From NCBI GenBank assembly GCA_049967655.1, contig JBMFSH010000016.1, positions 1 to 58,787 on the forward strand: DNA of 58,787 bases, written 5' to 3'. The notes beneath the pieces were generated by a model. That model saw only the letters and a list, made by a program, of their open reading frames with translations, made no database searches and was not told where the DNA came from. Made by a program: the position numbers and the translations under genes. Positions 47,141-57,042 of this stretch are shown in pieces. This stretch comes from Acidobacteriota bacterium (GTDB taxonomy: Bacteria; Acidobacteriota; UBA4820; DSQY01). Position 1 is the first letter of the stretch; each line of letters begins with the position of its first letter.

Positions 47141-47700
47141 GGCTCCGCCTCCCTCCGCTCCAGGCAGAGCTTCAGCTGATCGAGGCCCCTCTGGACGCGC
47201 ATCTTGGCCGCCGAGAGGCCGATGCGCAGGGCGCCGGCCACCTCCGCCAGGGAAAGCTCCTCCTGATAGCGCAGGAGGATGGCCTCGCGCTGTCCCTCCG
47301 GCAGGCGCAGCAGGCAGCGCCGCAGCCGCTCCTCCTCCTGCCGGGCCGCCAGCCCCTCGTCCGCCGGCCTGGCCCCGCGGGAGGCCGGCTCGTCGGGCAG
47401 CTCCTCCACCGCCGGGGCCGGTCCCGCCCGCCGGTTGCGCCTGCCCTCGTCCCGGCAGACGTTCACGGCGATGCCGAAGAGCCAGCTCAGGAAGCGGCTC
47501 CTTCCGTCGAACTTCCCGAGGCTTCGATAGGCTCGAAAGAAGGTCTCCTGCACGATCTCCTCCGCCTCCTGCCGGCTCCCCGTCATCTTGGCGGCCAGGT
47601 TGAAGAGGGCCGGGGTATAGGCCTCCACCACGGGCGCGAAGCGCTCCGGATCCCCCTCCAAGGCGGCCCTGATCCGCCGCTGGACCTCCGCCTCCTCCAT
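47137..47700 (-). CDS. ECF RNA polymerase sigma factor
   Basis: AEEIVQETF.RAY, SWLFGIAVN, LP..QREAILLRY..EVA..L..AAKMRVQRG. Confidence 0.92.
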   Translation of the reverse strand: MEEAEVQRRIRAALEGDPERFAPVVEAYTPALFNLAAKMTGSRQEAEEIVQETFFRAYRSLGKFDGRSRFLSWLFGIAVNVCRDEGRRNRRAGPAPAVEELPDEPASRGARPADEGLAARQEEERLRRCLLRLPEGQREAILLRYQEELSLAEVAGALRIGLSAAKMRVQRGLDQLKLCLERREAEP

Positions 47701-47801
47701 CCGGTCATCCCTATCGTCGATCCCATTATGGCCCTAAACAACGGCAACGTCACGCGGAGAAAGGAGGGGGGGCCGTCATGCACCCCCCCTCGCCGCCGCC
47801 C

Positions 47802-48581
47802 TCAGAAAATCCAGAGCGGCACGCCCTGGTCGTTGCGAAGCTGGAGCACCTGGCCCGTGGCCGTGTCCTCCACGGAGAGGGCCACCCAGCCCTGCGCGCA
47901 CTGCGCCATGCGGATGCTCACCGTCTGCCCCTGCTGGAGCGTGAAGCCCTGCTGGTGCATGTACCAGAAGGGGCCCAGCGCCACCACAACCTGCCCGCCG
48001 CCCTGCGCCGTCAAGGTGACCGTGTTGCGGTGGGTGCCCAGGCCCAGGCTCAGGGCCGTCACCTGGCCCGGGACGTCCTGGATCGTGGAGGGGTTCACGT
48101 TCCCGCCCGAGGCGTAACACCCCGCGCCGCCGCGGCCTCCCTTCCTCGTTTGCCCCTGGGCCTGACCTTGAGCCTGCCCGCCCCGCTTGCCCTTCCAGAG
48201 CGGCTTGCCGTTCTCGTCCCTCAAGGTGATGCTGGCGCCCGTGGTGAGGTCCTGCACGGAGAAGGCCACCACGTCCGAGTCGGTCCGGCTGGCGCAGTTG
48301 GCCACGGTCGCCGTCACGCTATCCCCCACCGCCAGAGAGAAGCCGTTGGCCACCAGAAACCAGTAGGGCCCCAGCTCCACCGTCAGGCTCTCGCCCCCCG
48401 CCTCCGCCAGCACGAAGCTCGGGTGCTGGAGCCCGGGGCCCAAGGTGACGGAGCTGACCGTCCCGCTCACCGCCCGCACCGTGGAGAGATCGACCTTGCC
48501 GCCTCCGCCCGGACCCGCGGCCAGAACCAGCCCCGCCGTCATCACCAGAATCGCCCCTGCTACCGCCGTGATCCGTTTCAT
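47802..48581 (-). CDS. Exported protein with two tandem OB-fold-like repeats (MamS/MamX-like)
   Basis: Two copies of V.G.V...LGP.W(F/Y)...G.....LR...G.PLW; AGGAGG RBS. Confidence 0.75.
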   Translation of the reverse strand: MKRITAVAGAILVMTAGLVLAAGPGGGGKVDLSTVRAVSGTVSSVTLGPGLQHPSFVLAEAGGESLTVELGPYWFLVANGFSLAVGDSVTATVANCASRTDSDVVAFSVQDLTTGASITLRDENGKPLWKGKRGGQAQGQAQGQTRKGGRGGAGCYASGGNVNPSTIQDVPGQVTALSLGLGTHRNTVTLTAQGGGQVVVALGPFWYMHQQGFTLQQGQTVSIRMAQCAQGWVALSVEDTATGQVLQLRNDQGVPLWIF

Positions 48582-48840
48582 GACGCCCTCCTGCACAAGT
48601 ACCCTAACCACATGCCCCGGGATGGCCCCGACGGCCGCCCCACACCTCGTTCTTGTCGCGAGGAGAAGAAAGGTCACATCCCCTCCCCGTCACCCCGCCT
48701 TTCTCCCTCAGGCCGGGGTACATACGCTGGCTCCGCAGGCTGGCGAAGGGTCCGCCCGCACGGCAGAGGAGGAGCCTGGCTCGTCTTTCCCGGTTTCGTT
48801 TGCGGTAGACTGGCGAGGAAGAACCGCAAGGGATGGTCCC

Positions 48841-49669
48841 GTGCCCAGAAAGGCCAAAGGTCCGCCGCCCGGGCGGATATCACGGAGAGGAGCACCAAGG
48901 CGGAGATCCTGGCGGCCTATCAGCGCCTGGCCCAGTCCGTCGGCGAAAATCAGGGTGGTGAGGCGGTGCGGGACGGTGCCCCCGCCAGGGACGCGTCGCT
49001 GTTTGCCGAGGAGAGGCCGGCCATGAAAGTGGAAACGAGAAAAGAGGTCGAAGCGCTCAGCCTAGACGCCATCGTCATGGAGCTCTCGTCGCTCAAGCTG
49101 GCCATCGGCAAACACCTGACCGAGGTCGAAGAACGCCTCCCCGCCGAGGCGGTTCGGCTGGCGGCCTTGAAGGAGGCGGCGGCCGAGCAGGAGGCCCGGC
49201 TTCGGGAGCTGCACGAGATCGAAGCCGCCGCCGGAAGCTGGAGGAGGAGTTCGCCGCCCGCGAGGCCGGCGTCAAGGCCCGCGAGGAGGCCCTGGCGGCC
49301 CAAGAGAAGGAACTCGCCGACCTGCGCCAGCGCGCGCAGGAGTTCCCCGCCCAGCTCGACCAGGCGGTCCGCGCCGCCTCCGAGTCATCCGCCAAGGCCA
49401 CCGAGGAGCGGCTCAAGCTCGAAAAGCTCCTCTTAGAAAAGGATATGGAGCGGGAGCGCGAGGTCATGCGCCTCACCGTCGCCTCCCTCCAGGAGAGGGT
49501 CAAGGAGCAGGAGGGGCGCATCAAGGCCCTCGATGCCGACCTCAAGGAGAGCGTGGCGAGCTCGCAGTCCGTCGCCGCCCGAGCCATCGAGGGCATCGCC
49601 GGCCTGCGCCACGGAGCGGCCCTCCAGGCCGAGACCGCCAAGGAGCCGGGACCGGAGCCCAGGCGCTGA
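48841..49669 (+). pseudogene. Frameshifted coiled-coil protein gene
   Basis: VPRKAK start, ITERSTKAEILAAY...LRELHEIEAAAG segment and LEEEFAARE...AARAIEG segment require frame changes near 48870 and 49235. Confidence 0.6.
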
Positions 49670-49699
49670 CGCAATGCCGGCTGGGAGCCGCCCCCCGGG

Positions 49700-50015
49700 A
49701 TCGCGTGCGGGCAACCGAGCGGGGCTCGGCCAGTATGGGCAGCGCCTGGGCATGAGCCAGAATCGGCAGTCCCCGCTCTTCCTGGAGCCGCCGGTTCGCG
49801 CCCATAGGGTCTTCGTGCGCGTGGGTGTTGACCACGGCGAGGATTTCGCGCCCCCCAAGCGCCTTGACGAACGCTTCGGCCGTGCGGGCCATGCTCGTGT
49901 CCACGAGGACCCCGTCCACCCAGTAGGCCGCCACCCGGTAGAGATCCCGGCCGACCACCCGGCGCGCCATCGTACATTGCGCGACTCCTTCTGCCAGGTC
50001 ACGGGCGAGCACCAT
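49700..50015 (-). pseudogene. Truncated metallo-beta-lactamase-fold hydrolase
   Basis: VAAYWVDGVLVDT..VNTHAHEDP (HxHxDH with last His changed to Pro); similarity lost after ~95 aa. Confidence 0.65.
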
Positions 50016-50049
50016 TCGGGGATCCTTCCGCAGCAAAGGGAGCCCTTGA

Positions 50050-50140
50050 CCCAAATTCCGCGATGGAAACGCGGGTGCCTCCGGCTACCGCTCGGGCCCA
50101 CCGGGGAAAGGCGTTGTCTCCTGGATGGGGAGGGCCATCC
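50050..50140. mobile_element. MITE family copy C: left ~90 bp nearly identical to copy B; no right end found
   Basis: CCCAAATTCCGCGATGGAAACGCGGGTGCCTCCGGCTACCGCTCGGG...GGAAAGGCGTTGTCTCCTGGA.GGGGAGGGCCAT. Confidence 0.8.
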
Positions 50141-50259
50141 CCCACCAGGCCCATCTCCCTCCCGGCCCTCGATCCCCCAAAACGGCGGGGAGCGAAGGGT
50201 CGCTCTGCCCCTCCGCTCCCACGGGTTAGACTCGCGGTTCCTCGGTCCTTTCGCGGTTT

Positions 50260-50652
50260 CTACCTCTCCGGCACCGCCTTGTAGCCGTAGGCGATGACGC
50301 CGGACTCGCCGGCCTCCTGGATCTTGCGGAACTCCAGGCTGACGGGGAGGCCGACCTTCAGGCGCTCGGGCTCGCAGTCGGCGATCTGGCAGAGGATGCG
50401 CGTGCCGTCCTTCAGCTCCACGATGCCCATGCAGTAGGGGGCCTCGTCGCCGAAGCCGCGCGGGGCCGTGCGAATGACGGTGTGGCTGACCACCTTGCCC
50501 TCGGAGGGGAGGGTGTAGGCCTTGAACTTGCGCGAGCCGCAGGGGCAGACGAGGCGCGCGGGGAAGAAAACCTTCCCGCAGCCGGCGCACTTTACGGCCT
50601 CCATGCGGTAGCGAAGGGGCGTGTTCCTCCGAACGTTGGCTGGGGAAATCAT
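50260..50652 (-). CDS. DUF35 Zn-ribbon/OB-fold scaffold protein
   Basis: KCAGCGKVFFPARLVCPCG..GKVVSHTVI..APY..IVEL..GVIAYGYK; TGATG overlap with the thiolase stop. Confidence 0.92.
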   Translation of the reverse strand: MISPANVRRNTPLRYRMEAVKCAGCGKVFFPARLVCPCGSRKFKAYTLPSEGKVVSHTVIRTAPRGFGDEAPYCMGIVELKDGTRILCQIADCEPERLKVGLPVSLEFRKIQEAGESGVIAYGYKAVPER

Positions 50653-51809
50653 CACAGCACCTCCAGGATGTGGACGACGGCGCTGCCGCCGGAGCCGCCC
50701 ATGTTCTGGGCGAGGCCGCGCTTGACGCCCTTGAGCTGGCGCTTGCCCGCCTCGCCGCGGAGCTGGGTGACGATCTCGTGGATCTGGGCGATGCCCGTGG
50801 CGCCCACCGGGTGGCCCTTGCTCTTGAGGCCTCCCGAGACGTTCACGGGGAACTTGCCGTCGCGGGCCGTGAGGCCGTCGCGCGTGGCCTTGCCGCCCTG
50901 GCCCTTCTTAACGACCCCCAGGGCCTCCAGCACGCAGATCTCGGCGATGGTGAAGCAGTCGTGCACCTCGGCGAAGTCGATGTCGGAGGGCTTCACGCCG
51001 GCCTGCTTGTAGGCGCTGGCGGCCGCCTCGGCGGTGGACTTGAGCCAGGTCAGGTCATCCCGCTGGTGGAGGGCGATGGTGTCGGTGGCGTGGGCCGAGG
51101 CCGCCACCTTGACGATGGGCTTCTTCTTGAGCTTCTTGGCCATCTCCAGGGGGACGATGACCACGGCCGCCGCGCCGTCGGTGATGGGCGAGCAGTCCAG
51201 GATGTTGAGGGGGTCCGCCACCTTCACGCTGTTGATGACCTGGTCCACCGTAATCTTCATGCGGTACTGCGCGTGGGGGTTGAGCATGCCGTTGTCGTGG
51301 TTCTTGACGGCGACCTGGGCGAGGTCCTCGCGCTTGGTGCCGTACTGGTGCATGTGGGCCGTGGCGATGAGGGCGTAGAGGCCGGGGAAGGTGGCGCCGT
51401 GGAAGGCCTCCATCTCCTGGTCCGCGGCCGTAGCCAGGGCGTAGGTGGCCTGCGCGCCGCTCACGTCGGTCATCTTCTCCACGCCGCCGCAGAGGACGAT
51501 GTCGTGCATCCCCGAGGCCACGTAGGCGATGCCGGTGCGCAGGGCCATGCCGCCCGAGGCGCAGGCCGACTCGACCCGCACACCAGGCACGGGGGCCTGG
51601 CCGAGGTAGTCGGCGAGGAGCGAGCCGATGTGCTCCTGGCCGGAGAAGAGGCCGGGGCTCATGCAGCCCGCCACGAGGCCGTCGATGTGGTCCACGCCGG
51701 CGTCGTCCATGGCCTCCAGCGCCGCTTTCACGAAGAGGTCCCGCAGGGAGTCGTGCCACAGCTCCCCGAAGTCCGTCATGCCGATCCCGATGATGGCTAC
51801 GTCGCGCAT
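50652..51809 (-). CDS. Archaeal-type acetoacetyl-CoA thiolase
   Basis: [40 protein letters not shown]. Confidence 0.93.
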   Translation of the reverse strand: MRDVAIIGIGMTDFGELWHDSLRDLFVKAALEAMDDAGVDHIDGLVAGCMSPGLFSGQEHIGSLLADYLGQAPVPGVRVESACASGGMALRTGIAYVASGMHDIVLCGGVEKMTDVSGAQATYALATAADQEMEAFHGATFPGLYALIATAHMHQYGTKREDLAQVAVKNHDNGMLNPHAQYRMKITVDQVINSVKVADPLNILDCSPITDGAAAVVIVPLEMAKKLKKKPIVKVAASAHATDTIALHQRDDLTWLKSTAEAAASAYKQAGVKPSDIDFAEVHDCFTIAEICVLEALGVVKKGQGGKATRDGLTARDGKFPVNVSGGLKSKGHPVGATGIAQIHEIVTQLRGEAGKRQLKGVKRGLAQNMGGSGGSAVVHILEVL

Positions 51810-51813
51810 GGCC

Positions 51814-52866
51814 TCAGTCCTCCACGTTCTTTCGGATCTTGCGGCGGAACTTCACGTAGGTGCCGTAGTCCAGGTAGAAGGGGTGGGTGTCCAGGTAGTC
51901 CCTCGTCTTCTTGGCCTTGCCCTGGACCTTGGGGAGCTCCTTGGTGGCCGTGAAGATGAAACCGTCCGAGCCGGCGCCCGAGCCGAAGGAGCACATGAGG
52001 ATGGCGTCGCCGGGCTTGGCCTCGTCCAGGATGGCCGAGAGGCCCAGGGGCGAAGCGCCCGAGTAGGTGTTGCCGAGGGTGGGGACGAGCAGGCCCGTCT
52101 TCATCTGCTCGTCGGTGAAGCCGAGGTCGTGAGCCATCTTCATGGGGAACTTGCCGTTGGGCTGGTGGAAGACGGCGTACTTGAAGTCCTTCGGCTTGGC
52201 GCCCGCCTTCTTGAGAAGGCCCTCCACGCCGCCGCGCACGTGCTTGAAGTAGGCCATGTCTCCGGTGAAGCGGCCGCCGTGGCGCGGGTAGTGCATGTAC
52301 TCGCGGCGCCAGAAGTCGGGGGTGTCGCTCATGTAGGAGTACTGGCAGTCCAGGGTGGCCACCACGTTCTTCGCGCCCATGAGGAAGGCCGCTCCGCCCG
52401 CCGCCGCCGAGTATTCCAGCGCGTCGCCGGGGGCCCCTTGGGAGGTGTCGGCGCCGATGCCCATGGCGTACTCCACCTCGCCCGACTTGACCAGACCGTA
52501 GGCGAGGAACATGCCCTCGGAGCCGGCCTTGCAGGCGAAGGAGAGGTCCGCGCAGTGGCAGTCGTTGACGGCGCCGATGACCTCGGCCACCGCCGTGCCG
52601 GTGGGCTTGACCGCGTAGGGGTGGGATTCGGAGCCGACGTAGATGGCGCCGACCTTCTCCCCGTTGACGCCGGCCCGCACCATCGCGTTGCGCGCCGCCT
52701 CCACCGCGATGGTGATGACGTCCTGGTCCGGTCCCGGGACCGACTTCTCCCGGAGCATCAGACCCTTCTTGAAGCTGGGCGCGTCCGCCCCCCAGACCTT
52801 GGCGATCTCCTCGACCTTGATCCGGTAGCGCGGGATGTACGCCCCGTACCCGACGATTCCTGCCAT
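51814..52866 (-). CDS. Archaeal-type hydroxymethylglutaryl-CoA synthase
   Basis: [63 protein letters not shown]. Confidence 0.93.
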   Translation of the reverse strand: MAGIVGYGAYIPRYRIKVEEIAKVWGADAPSFKKGLMLREKSVPGPDQDVITIAVEAARNAMVRAGVNGEKVGAIYVGSESHPYAVKPTGTAVAEVIGAVNDCHCADLSFACKAGSEGMFLAYGLVKSGEVEYAMGIGADTSQGAPGDALEYSAAAGGAAFLMGAKNVVATLDCQYSYMSDTPDFWRREYMHYPRHGGRFTGDMAYFKHVRGGVEGLLKKAGAKPKDFKYAVFHQPNGKFPMKMAHDLGFTDEQMKTGLLVPTLGNTYSGASPLGLSAILDEAKPGDAILMCSFGSGAGSDGFIFTATKELPKVQGKAKKTRDYLDTHPFYLDYGTYVKFRRKIRKNVED

Positions 52867-52990
52867 AACGACCTCCTTTGGTGACTGCCCCCTAAGACGA
52901 TACAAGCCCTCACTTTATCCTTTCGGCGGGGGAGCGGCAAGCGGAGCGGAGGACTTCGAAGCGCTAAAGGAGGATTGAAGAGATGGGGTG

Positions 52991-53137
52991 CCTTCCGGAG
53001 CGAAGCGGAGGAAGGCGCGTCCCGGCGCCGATGGGCCTCATGCAAGGAAGCGAGGCGGCCGCACCGCAAGCGTACTCCCTGTACGCTGAGGATGCGGACG
53101 CCGAAGGCTGACGAAGCAGGAGGTCCGTCGCCGCCGG
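52991..53137. repeat. Composite intergenic palindromic element
   Basis: CCTTCC..GGAAGG hairpin (52991-53015); long hairpin 53022-53137 with outer CCGGCG.CGATGGGCCTC/GAGGTCCGTCG.CGCCGG and central AGCGTAC/GTACGCT. Confidence 0.6.
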
Positions 53138-53406
53138 CGCCCCCGTGGAGGGTGGGGGGACGGTCGTATTCGATGAGGCTGGGACTGGCGCCCGAAGGGC
53201 GGCTGGGGGACTGCGGACGGAGCGCGGCCTCGCTCGCGTGGACGCGCCCGGCGAAGGCCCCCAGAGCCACGCCAAAGGCGCGGCCGAGACCCAGCCGTAG
53301 TTCGGAGCCGGCAAAACGGTCTATCTTGGACAAGCATATCGCGCCGGATAGTGTAGAATCGTTGGAGGTGTGAGGTCGGGCTTACGGACCCGAAGGAGGA
53401 TGAACG

Positions 53407-54033
53407 ATGGCGAAACGGCACGTGCTTCTGGCTCTGGCGCTGGCGGCGTCCCTCGTCCCCCTCGGGGCCTCTCAGACGGTCCAGGTGCTCCAAGATCTGA
53501 GGCCCGAGGTGAAGAAGAAGCTCCCCGCGGGCTACGCCGTCGAGGGCCTCACCTACAGCTTCCAGGACAAGCGCTTCAGCATCAGCGCCACGCCGCTCAC
53601 CCCGTTGGCGCGCGAGGCCTACTATGCCAAGAGGAAACTCAAGGATCCCTTCGCCGACGCCACGCCCGCGGCGGGATACATCTTCTTCCTGATCCGCATC
53701 GAGAACCGCCAGAAGACGGACATGCTCTACTTCTCGCCGGGGAACGTCATGTTCGGCAACATGAACCCCATCGACGAGATCGCCATGTACCAGCTCTTCT
53801 ACCGCCTGCCCGAGGCGAACGCCAAGCTCGACGCGGCCGGGAGGAGCTTCTTCCTGCGCGACCTGCACCTGCCGCCCGGCCTGTGGATCGAGCGGCTCAT
53901 GGTCTTCCAGTACGATGACCCCTATCCCACCAAAAAGATCAACCTCGCCCTCACGAGCATCCTGCTGGGCGGGGAGGGGCTGGACGTGAATTTTCCTTTC
54001 ATCGCTAAGTTCAAAAAGGAGAAGGTGGAATGA
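53407..54033 (+). CDS. Hypothetical exported protein
   Basis: Signal peptide; AAGGAGG RBS; ATGA overlap with folD. Confidence 0.75.
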   Translation: MAKRHVLLALALAASLVPLGASQTVQVLQDLRPEVKKKLPAGYAVEGLTYSFQDKRFSISATPLTPLAREAYYAKRKLKDPFADATPAAGYIFFLIRIENRQKTDMLYFSPGNVMFGNMNPIDEIAMYQLFYRLPEANAKLDAAGRSFFLRDLHLPPGLWIERLMVFQYDDPYPTKKINLALTSILLGGEGLDVNFPFIAKFKKEKVE

Positions 54034-54953
54034 CGGCCCAGATCCTGGACGGAAAGCGTATAGGTGCCCAGATCCGAGAGGAGGTGGCCGCCGGCGTCGA
54101 GCTCCTTCGGTCCCGAGGCCTGCGCCCTCCCGGCCTGGCGGCGGTACTCGTGGGCGAGAACCCCGCGAGCCGGGTCTACGTGGCCTCCAAGGTGAAGGCC
54201 TGCGCCGAGGCGGGGGTCTTCTCCGAGAAGATCGAGATGCCGCAGAGCAGCACCACGGCACAGGTGCTCTCCTGCGTCGAGGCGCTCAACGGCCGGGAGG
54301 ACATCGACGGCATCCTCGTCCAGCTTCCGCTCCCGCCCCAGGTGGACGAGGGCGCGGTGCTCAGCCTCATCGACCCGGCCAAGGACGTGGACGGCTTCCA
54401 CCCCGTCAACGTGGGGCGGCTCGTGCTGGACCAGCCGGCCTTCGAGCCCTGCACCCCCGCGGGCATCATGCAGATGCTCAGGCGCTCGGGCGTCACGCTG
54501 AAGGGCAAGCGCGCGGTGGTGGTGGGCCGCTCCCACATCGTCGGCAAACCCATGGCCCTGCTCCTCCTTCGCGAGCACGCCACGGTCACCATCTGCCACT
54601 CGCGGACCCAGGACCTCGCCGGCGTGTGCCGGGAGGCCGACCTCCTCGTGGCCGCCATCGGGAAGGCCACCCTCATCACGCACCAGTTCATCAAACCCGG
54701 GGCCGTGGTGGTGGACGTGGGTATGAACCGCATCACGGACCCCGAAGAGGCCGCCCGGGCCTTCGGCGGGGACGAGGCGCGGATCCGGCAGGTGCGCGAG
54801 AAGGGCTCCACGCTGGTGGGCGACGTGCTCCCCACGGCCATGTGGGAGATGGCTTCGCTCTACACGCCGGTGCCGGGCGGCGTGGGCCCCCTCACCATCG
54901 CCATGCTCCTCTCCAACACCCTGAAGTCGGCCAAGATCCGCCTCGGCGCGTGA
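54030..54953 (+). CDS. folD: Bifunctional methylene-THF dehydrogenase/cyclohydrolase
   Basis: DGILVQLPLP, KDVDGFHP.NVG, PCTPAG, GRSHIVGKP, PVPGGVGPLT. Confidence 0.97.
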   Translation: MTAQILDGKRIGAQIREEVAAGVELLRSRGLRPPGLAAVLVGENPASRVYVASKVKACAEAGVFSEKIEMPQSSTTAQVLSCVEALNGREDIDGILVQLPLPPQVDEGAVLSLIDPAKDVDGFHPVNVGRLVLDQPAFEPCTPAGIMQMLRRSGVTLKGKRAVVVGRSHIVGKPMALLLLREHATVTICHSRTQDLAGVCREADLLVAAIGKATLITHQFIKPGAVVVDVGMNRITDPEEAARAFGGDEARIRQVREKGSTLVGDVLPTAMWEMASLYTPVPGGVGPLTIAMLLSNTLKSAKIRLGA

Positions 54954-55067
54954 GGCACTGCCCTTGACAGCCCTCCGTTGTCGCCATCTCCCCGGCCCGC
55001 CATCTCCCCGGCCTACGGCTTTGAGGAAAGCCCACAGGGAAACGTGGCCGGCGGCAGGGGGGCTCTG

Positions 55068-55682
55068 ATGCTCCACATCGGCCTCACGGGCGGCATCGGA
55101 TCGGGCAAGAGCACCGTGGCGGCGATCTTCGGCGAACTCGGGGCCGTGCTTCTGGACGCCGACCTGCTGGTCCGCGACCTGCTCGGCCCGGGCCAGGAGG
55201 CCTCCGCCGCGGTGGGAGCGGCCTTCGGTCCCGCCGTCCAGGCCGCCGACGGCTCCGTGAACCGGAAGGCCCTCGCCGCCCTCGCCTTCTCCGACGAGCA
55301 GGCGCGCCGCGCTCTGGAGGCGATCCTCCATCCCCGCATTCTGGCCAGACGGCGCGAGCTCCTCGACGAGATCCGCGGCCGGCTGGGCGAAGAGACCGTG
55401 GTCGTCACGGAGGCGGCTCTCATCTTCGAGGCCGGGACCCGCGGCGAGTTCGACGAGGTGGTGCTCGTGACGGCCCCCGAAGGAATCCGCCGCCAGCGCC
55501 TGGAGGCGGCGGGCTGGGACGCGGAGGAGGTCAGGCGCCGCATGGAGGCCCAATGGCCGGACTCGCGCAAGCTTCCCCTGGCCGATCACGTGGTGGACAA
55601 CGGGGGGAGCCCCGCCGCCACGCGCGCCCAGGCCGAGCGGCTCTGGCGGCTCTTCCAGGAGAAGCTTCATGCTGCCCGATGA
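55068..55682 (+). CDS. coaE: Dephospho-CoA kinase
   Basis: IGLTGGIGSGKSTVA, LEAILHP, EAALIFE, ADHVVDNGG. Confidence 0.93.
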   Translation: MLHIGLTGGIGSGKSTVAAIFGELGAVLLDADLLVRDLLGPGQEASAAVGAAFGPAVQAADGSVNRKALAALAFSDEQARRALEAILHPRILARRRELLDEIRGRLGEETVVVTEAALIFEAGTRGEFDEVVLVTAPEGIRRQRLEAAGWDAEEVRRRMEAQWPDSRKLPLADHVVDNGGSPAATRAQAERLWRLFQEKLHAAR

Positions 55683-57042
55683 AACCCTCGCCGCCGATCT
55701 GCTCCGGGAGCTGACCTCCTCGGGCGCCGACTACGCCGACCTCTTCGCCCAGCGGACCCACTTCCGGAGGATCGTCCGCGAAGGGGGCCGGAGCCGCACC
55801 CTGTCGGCCGGGGAGGAGGCGGGGGCGGGCCTGCGGATCCGCGCCGGAGGACGCACCCTCTTCGCCGCCGTTTCGAGCCTAGAGCCCGAGCGCCTCCTCC
55901 TCCAGGCGAGGGCGCTCGCCGCCGAGGTGGGGGGCACCAGATCTTCGCGGTGTGAGCCCTTCCGGACGCACGATGAGGACGGCGGTGAGACGGAGACGGA
56001 CCTTGAATGGGCGCAAGCTTTACTCCTGGAGGGAGAGAGCGAGCTGGCGGCGGCCGGCTGCTCCGAGGAGCGCTCTTCGGCCATCCTGAGCCTCTCAGAC
56101 GGCCACAGCGTGGTGGCCAACTCCCGCGGCGGATTCTGCCGGGAACGCCGGGCCAACCTGACCCTCTACCAGCAGGCCACGGTGCTGGAGGGCGGCCGCC
56201 TTGCCTCCGCCGCGCGCGTGGTGAGCGGCCCCGGGACGCTGGGGGCCGACCCCGCCGGAGCCGTCCGGAGGGCCGCCCGGGAGGCGCTTCAAACGGCCCG
56301 CCACCGGCTCGCGGCCGTTCCGGCCCCCCGCGGAAGTTTCCCCGTCGTCCTGGGCTCCACGGCGGCGGGCCTCTTCCTCCACGAGGCCGTGGGCCACGCC
56401 TTCGAGGGCGACTTCGTGGCGAACGGCGCCTCCCCCTTCTCCCGCAGGCTGGGCGAGCGCGTCGCCGGCGCCCCCCTGGAGCTCTGGGACGACGGCACCC
56501 TCGATGGGGGCTGCGGCACGGCCCGCTGCGATGACGAGGGCACCGCCACCGGGCGCGCCCCCCTCCTGCGCGAGGGGCGCCTGGCGGGCTACCTGCTGGA
56601 CCTCGCCTCCGCCGAGGCCCTCTCCCTCGCTCCCACGGGCCACGGGCGCCGCGAATCCTACCGGCACCCGCCCCTGCCGCGCCAGCGCAACCTCTCGGCC
56701 GCCCCGGGCTCCCTCCCCACGGAGGCCCTGGCACGGGAGGTGGAGTTCGGCCTGCTGGTCCTCCAGATGGGCGGGGGGTGGGCGGACATCCCGCGCGGGG
56801 ACTTCGCCCTCCGCGTGACCGAGGGATTCCTCCTGCGCGAGGGGAAGAGAGGCGAACCGATCAAGGGGGCCCTGCTCCGAGGCAACGGCCCGCGAGCGCT
56901 CCTGGCCCTCAAGGCCATAGGATCGGAGACGGGCGCGGGAGCGGGGACGTGCCTGAAGCTGGACCAGAGCGTGCCCGTCAGCGACCGGGCACCGGCGCTC
57001 CTGCTGGAGAGCCTTGACGTGACGGCGGAGGAGGAACCTTGA
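55669..57042 (+). CDS. tldD: TldD-family metalloprotease
   Basis: FLHEAVGHAFEGD, DDEG, TGHGRRESYRHPPLPR, GTCLK.DQSVPV. Confidence 0.88.
   Translation: MLPDETLAADLLRELTSSGADYADLFAQRTHFRRIVREGGRSRTLSAGEEAGAGLRIRAGGRTLFAAVSSLEPERLLLQARALAAEVGGTRSSRCEPFRTHDEDGGETETDLEWAQALLLEGESELAAAGCSEERSSAILSLSDGHSVVANSRGGFCRERRANLTLYQQATVLEGGRLASAARVVSGPGTLGADPAGAVRRAAREALQTARHRLAAVPAPRGSFPVVLGSTAAGLFLHEAVGHAFEGDFVANGASPFSRRLGERVAGAPLELWDDGTLDGGCGTARCDDEGTATGRAPLLREGRLAGYLLDLASAEALSLAPTGHGRRESYRHPPLPRQRNLSAAPGSLPTEALAREVEFGLLVLQMGGGWADIPRGDFALRVTEGFLLREGKRGEPIKGALLRGNGPRALLALKAIGSETGAGAGTCLKLDQSVPVSDRAPALLLESLDVTAEEEP

Noticed and set aside
50260..52866. PhlABC (DAPG) acyltransferase cluster
   Set aside because: The synthase retains the catalytic Cys, His and Glu, and there is no phlD-type PKS nearby
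55008..55065. ZTP (pfl) riboswitch near folD
   Set aside because: Lacks the GACTG and GCCTGGGC signature elements, and lies downstream of folD
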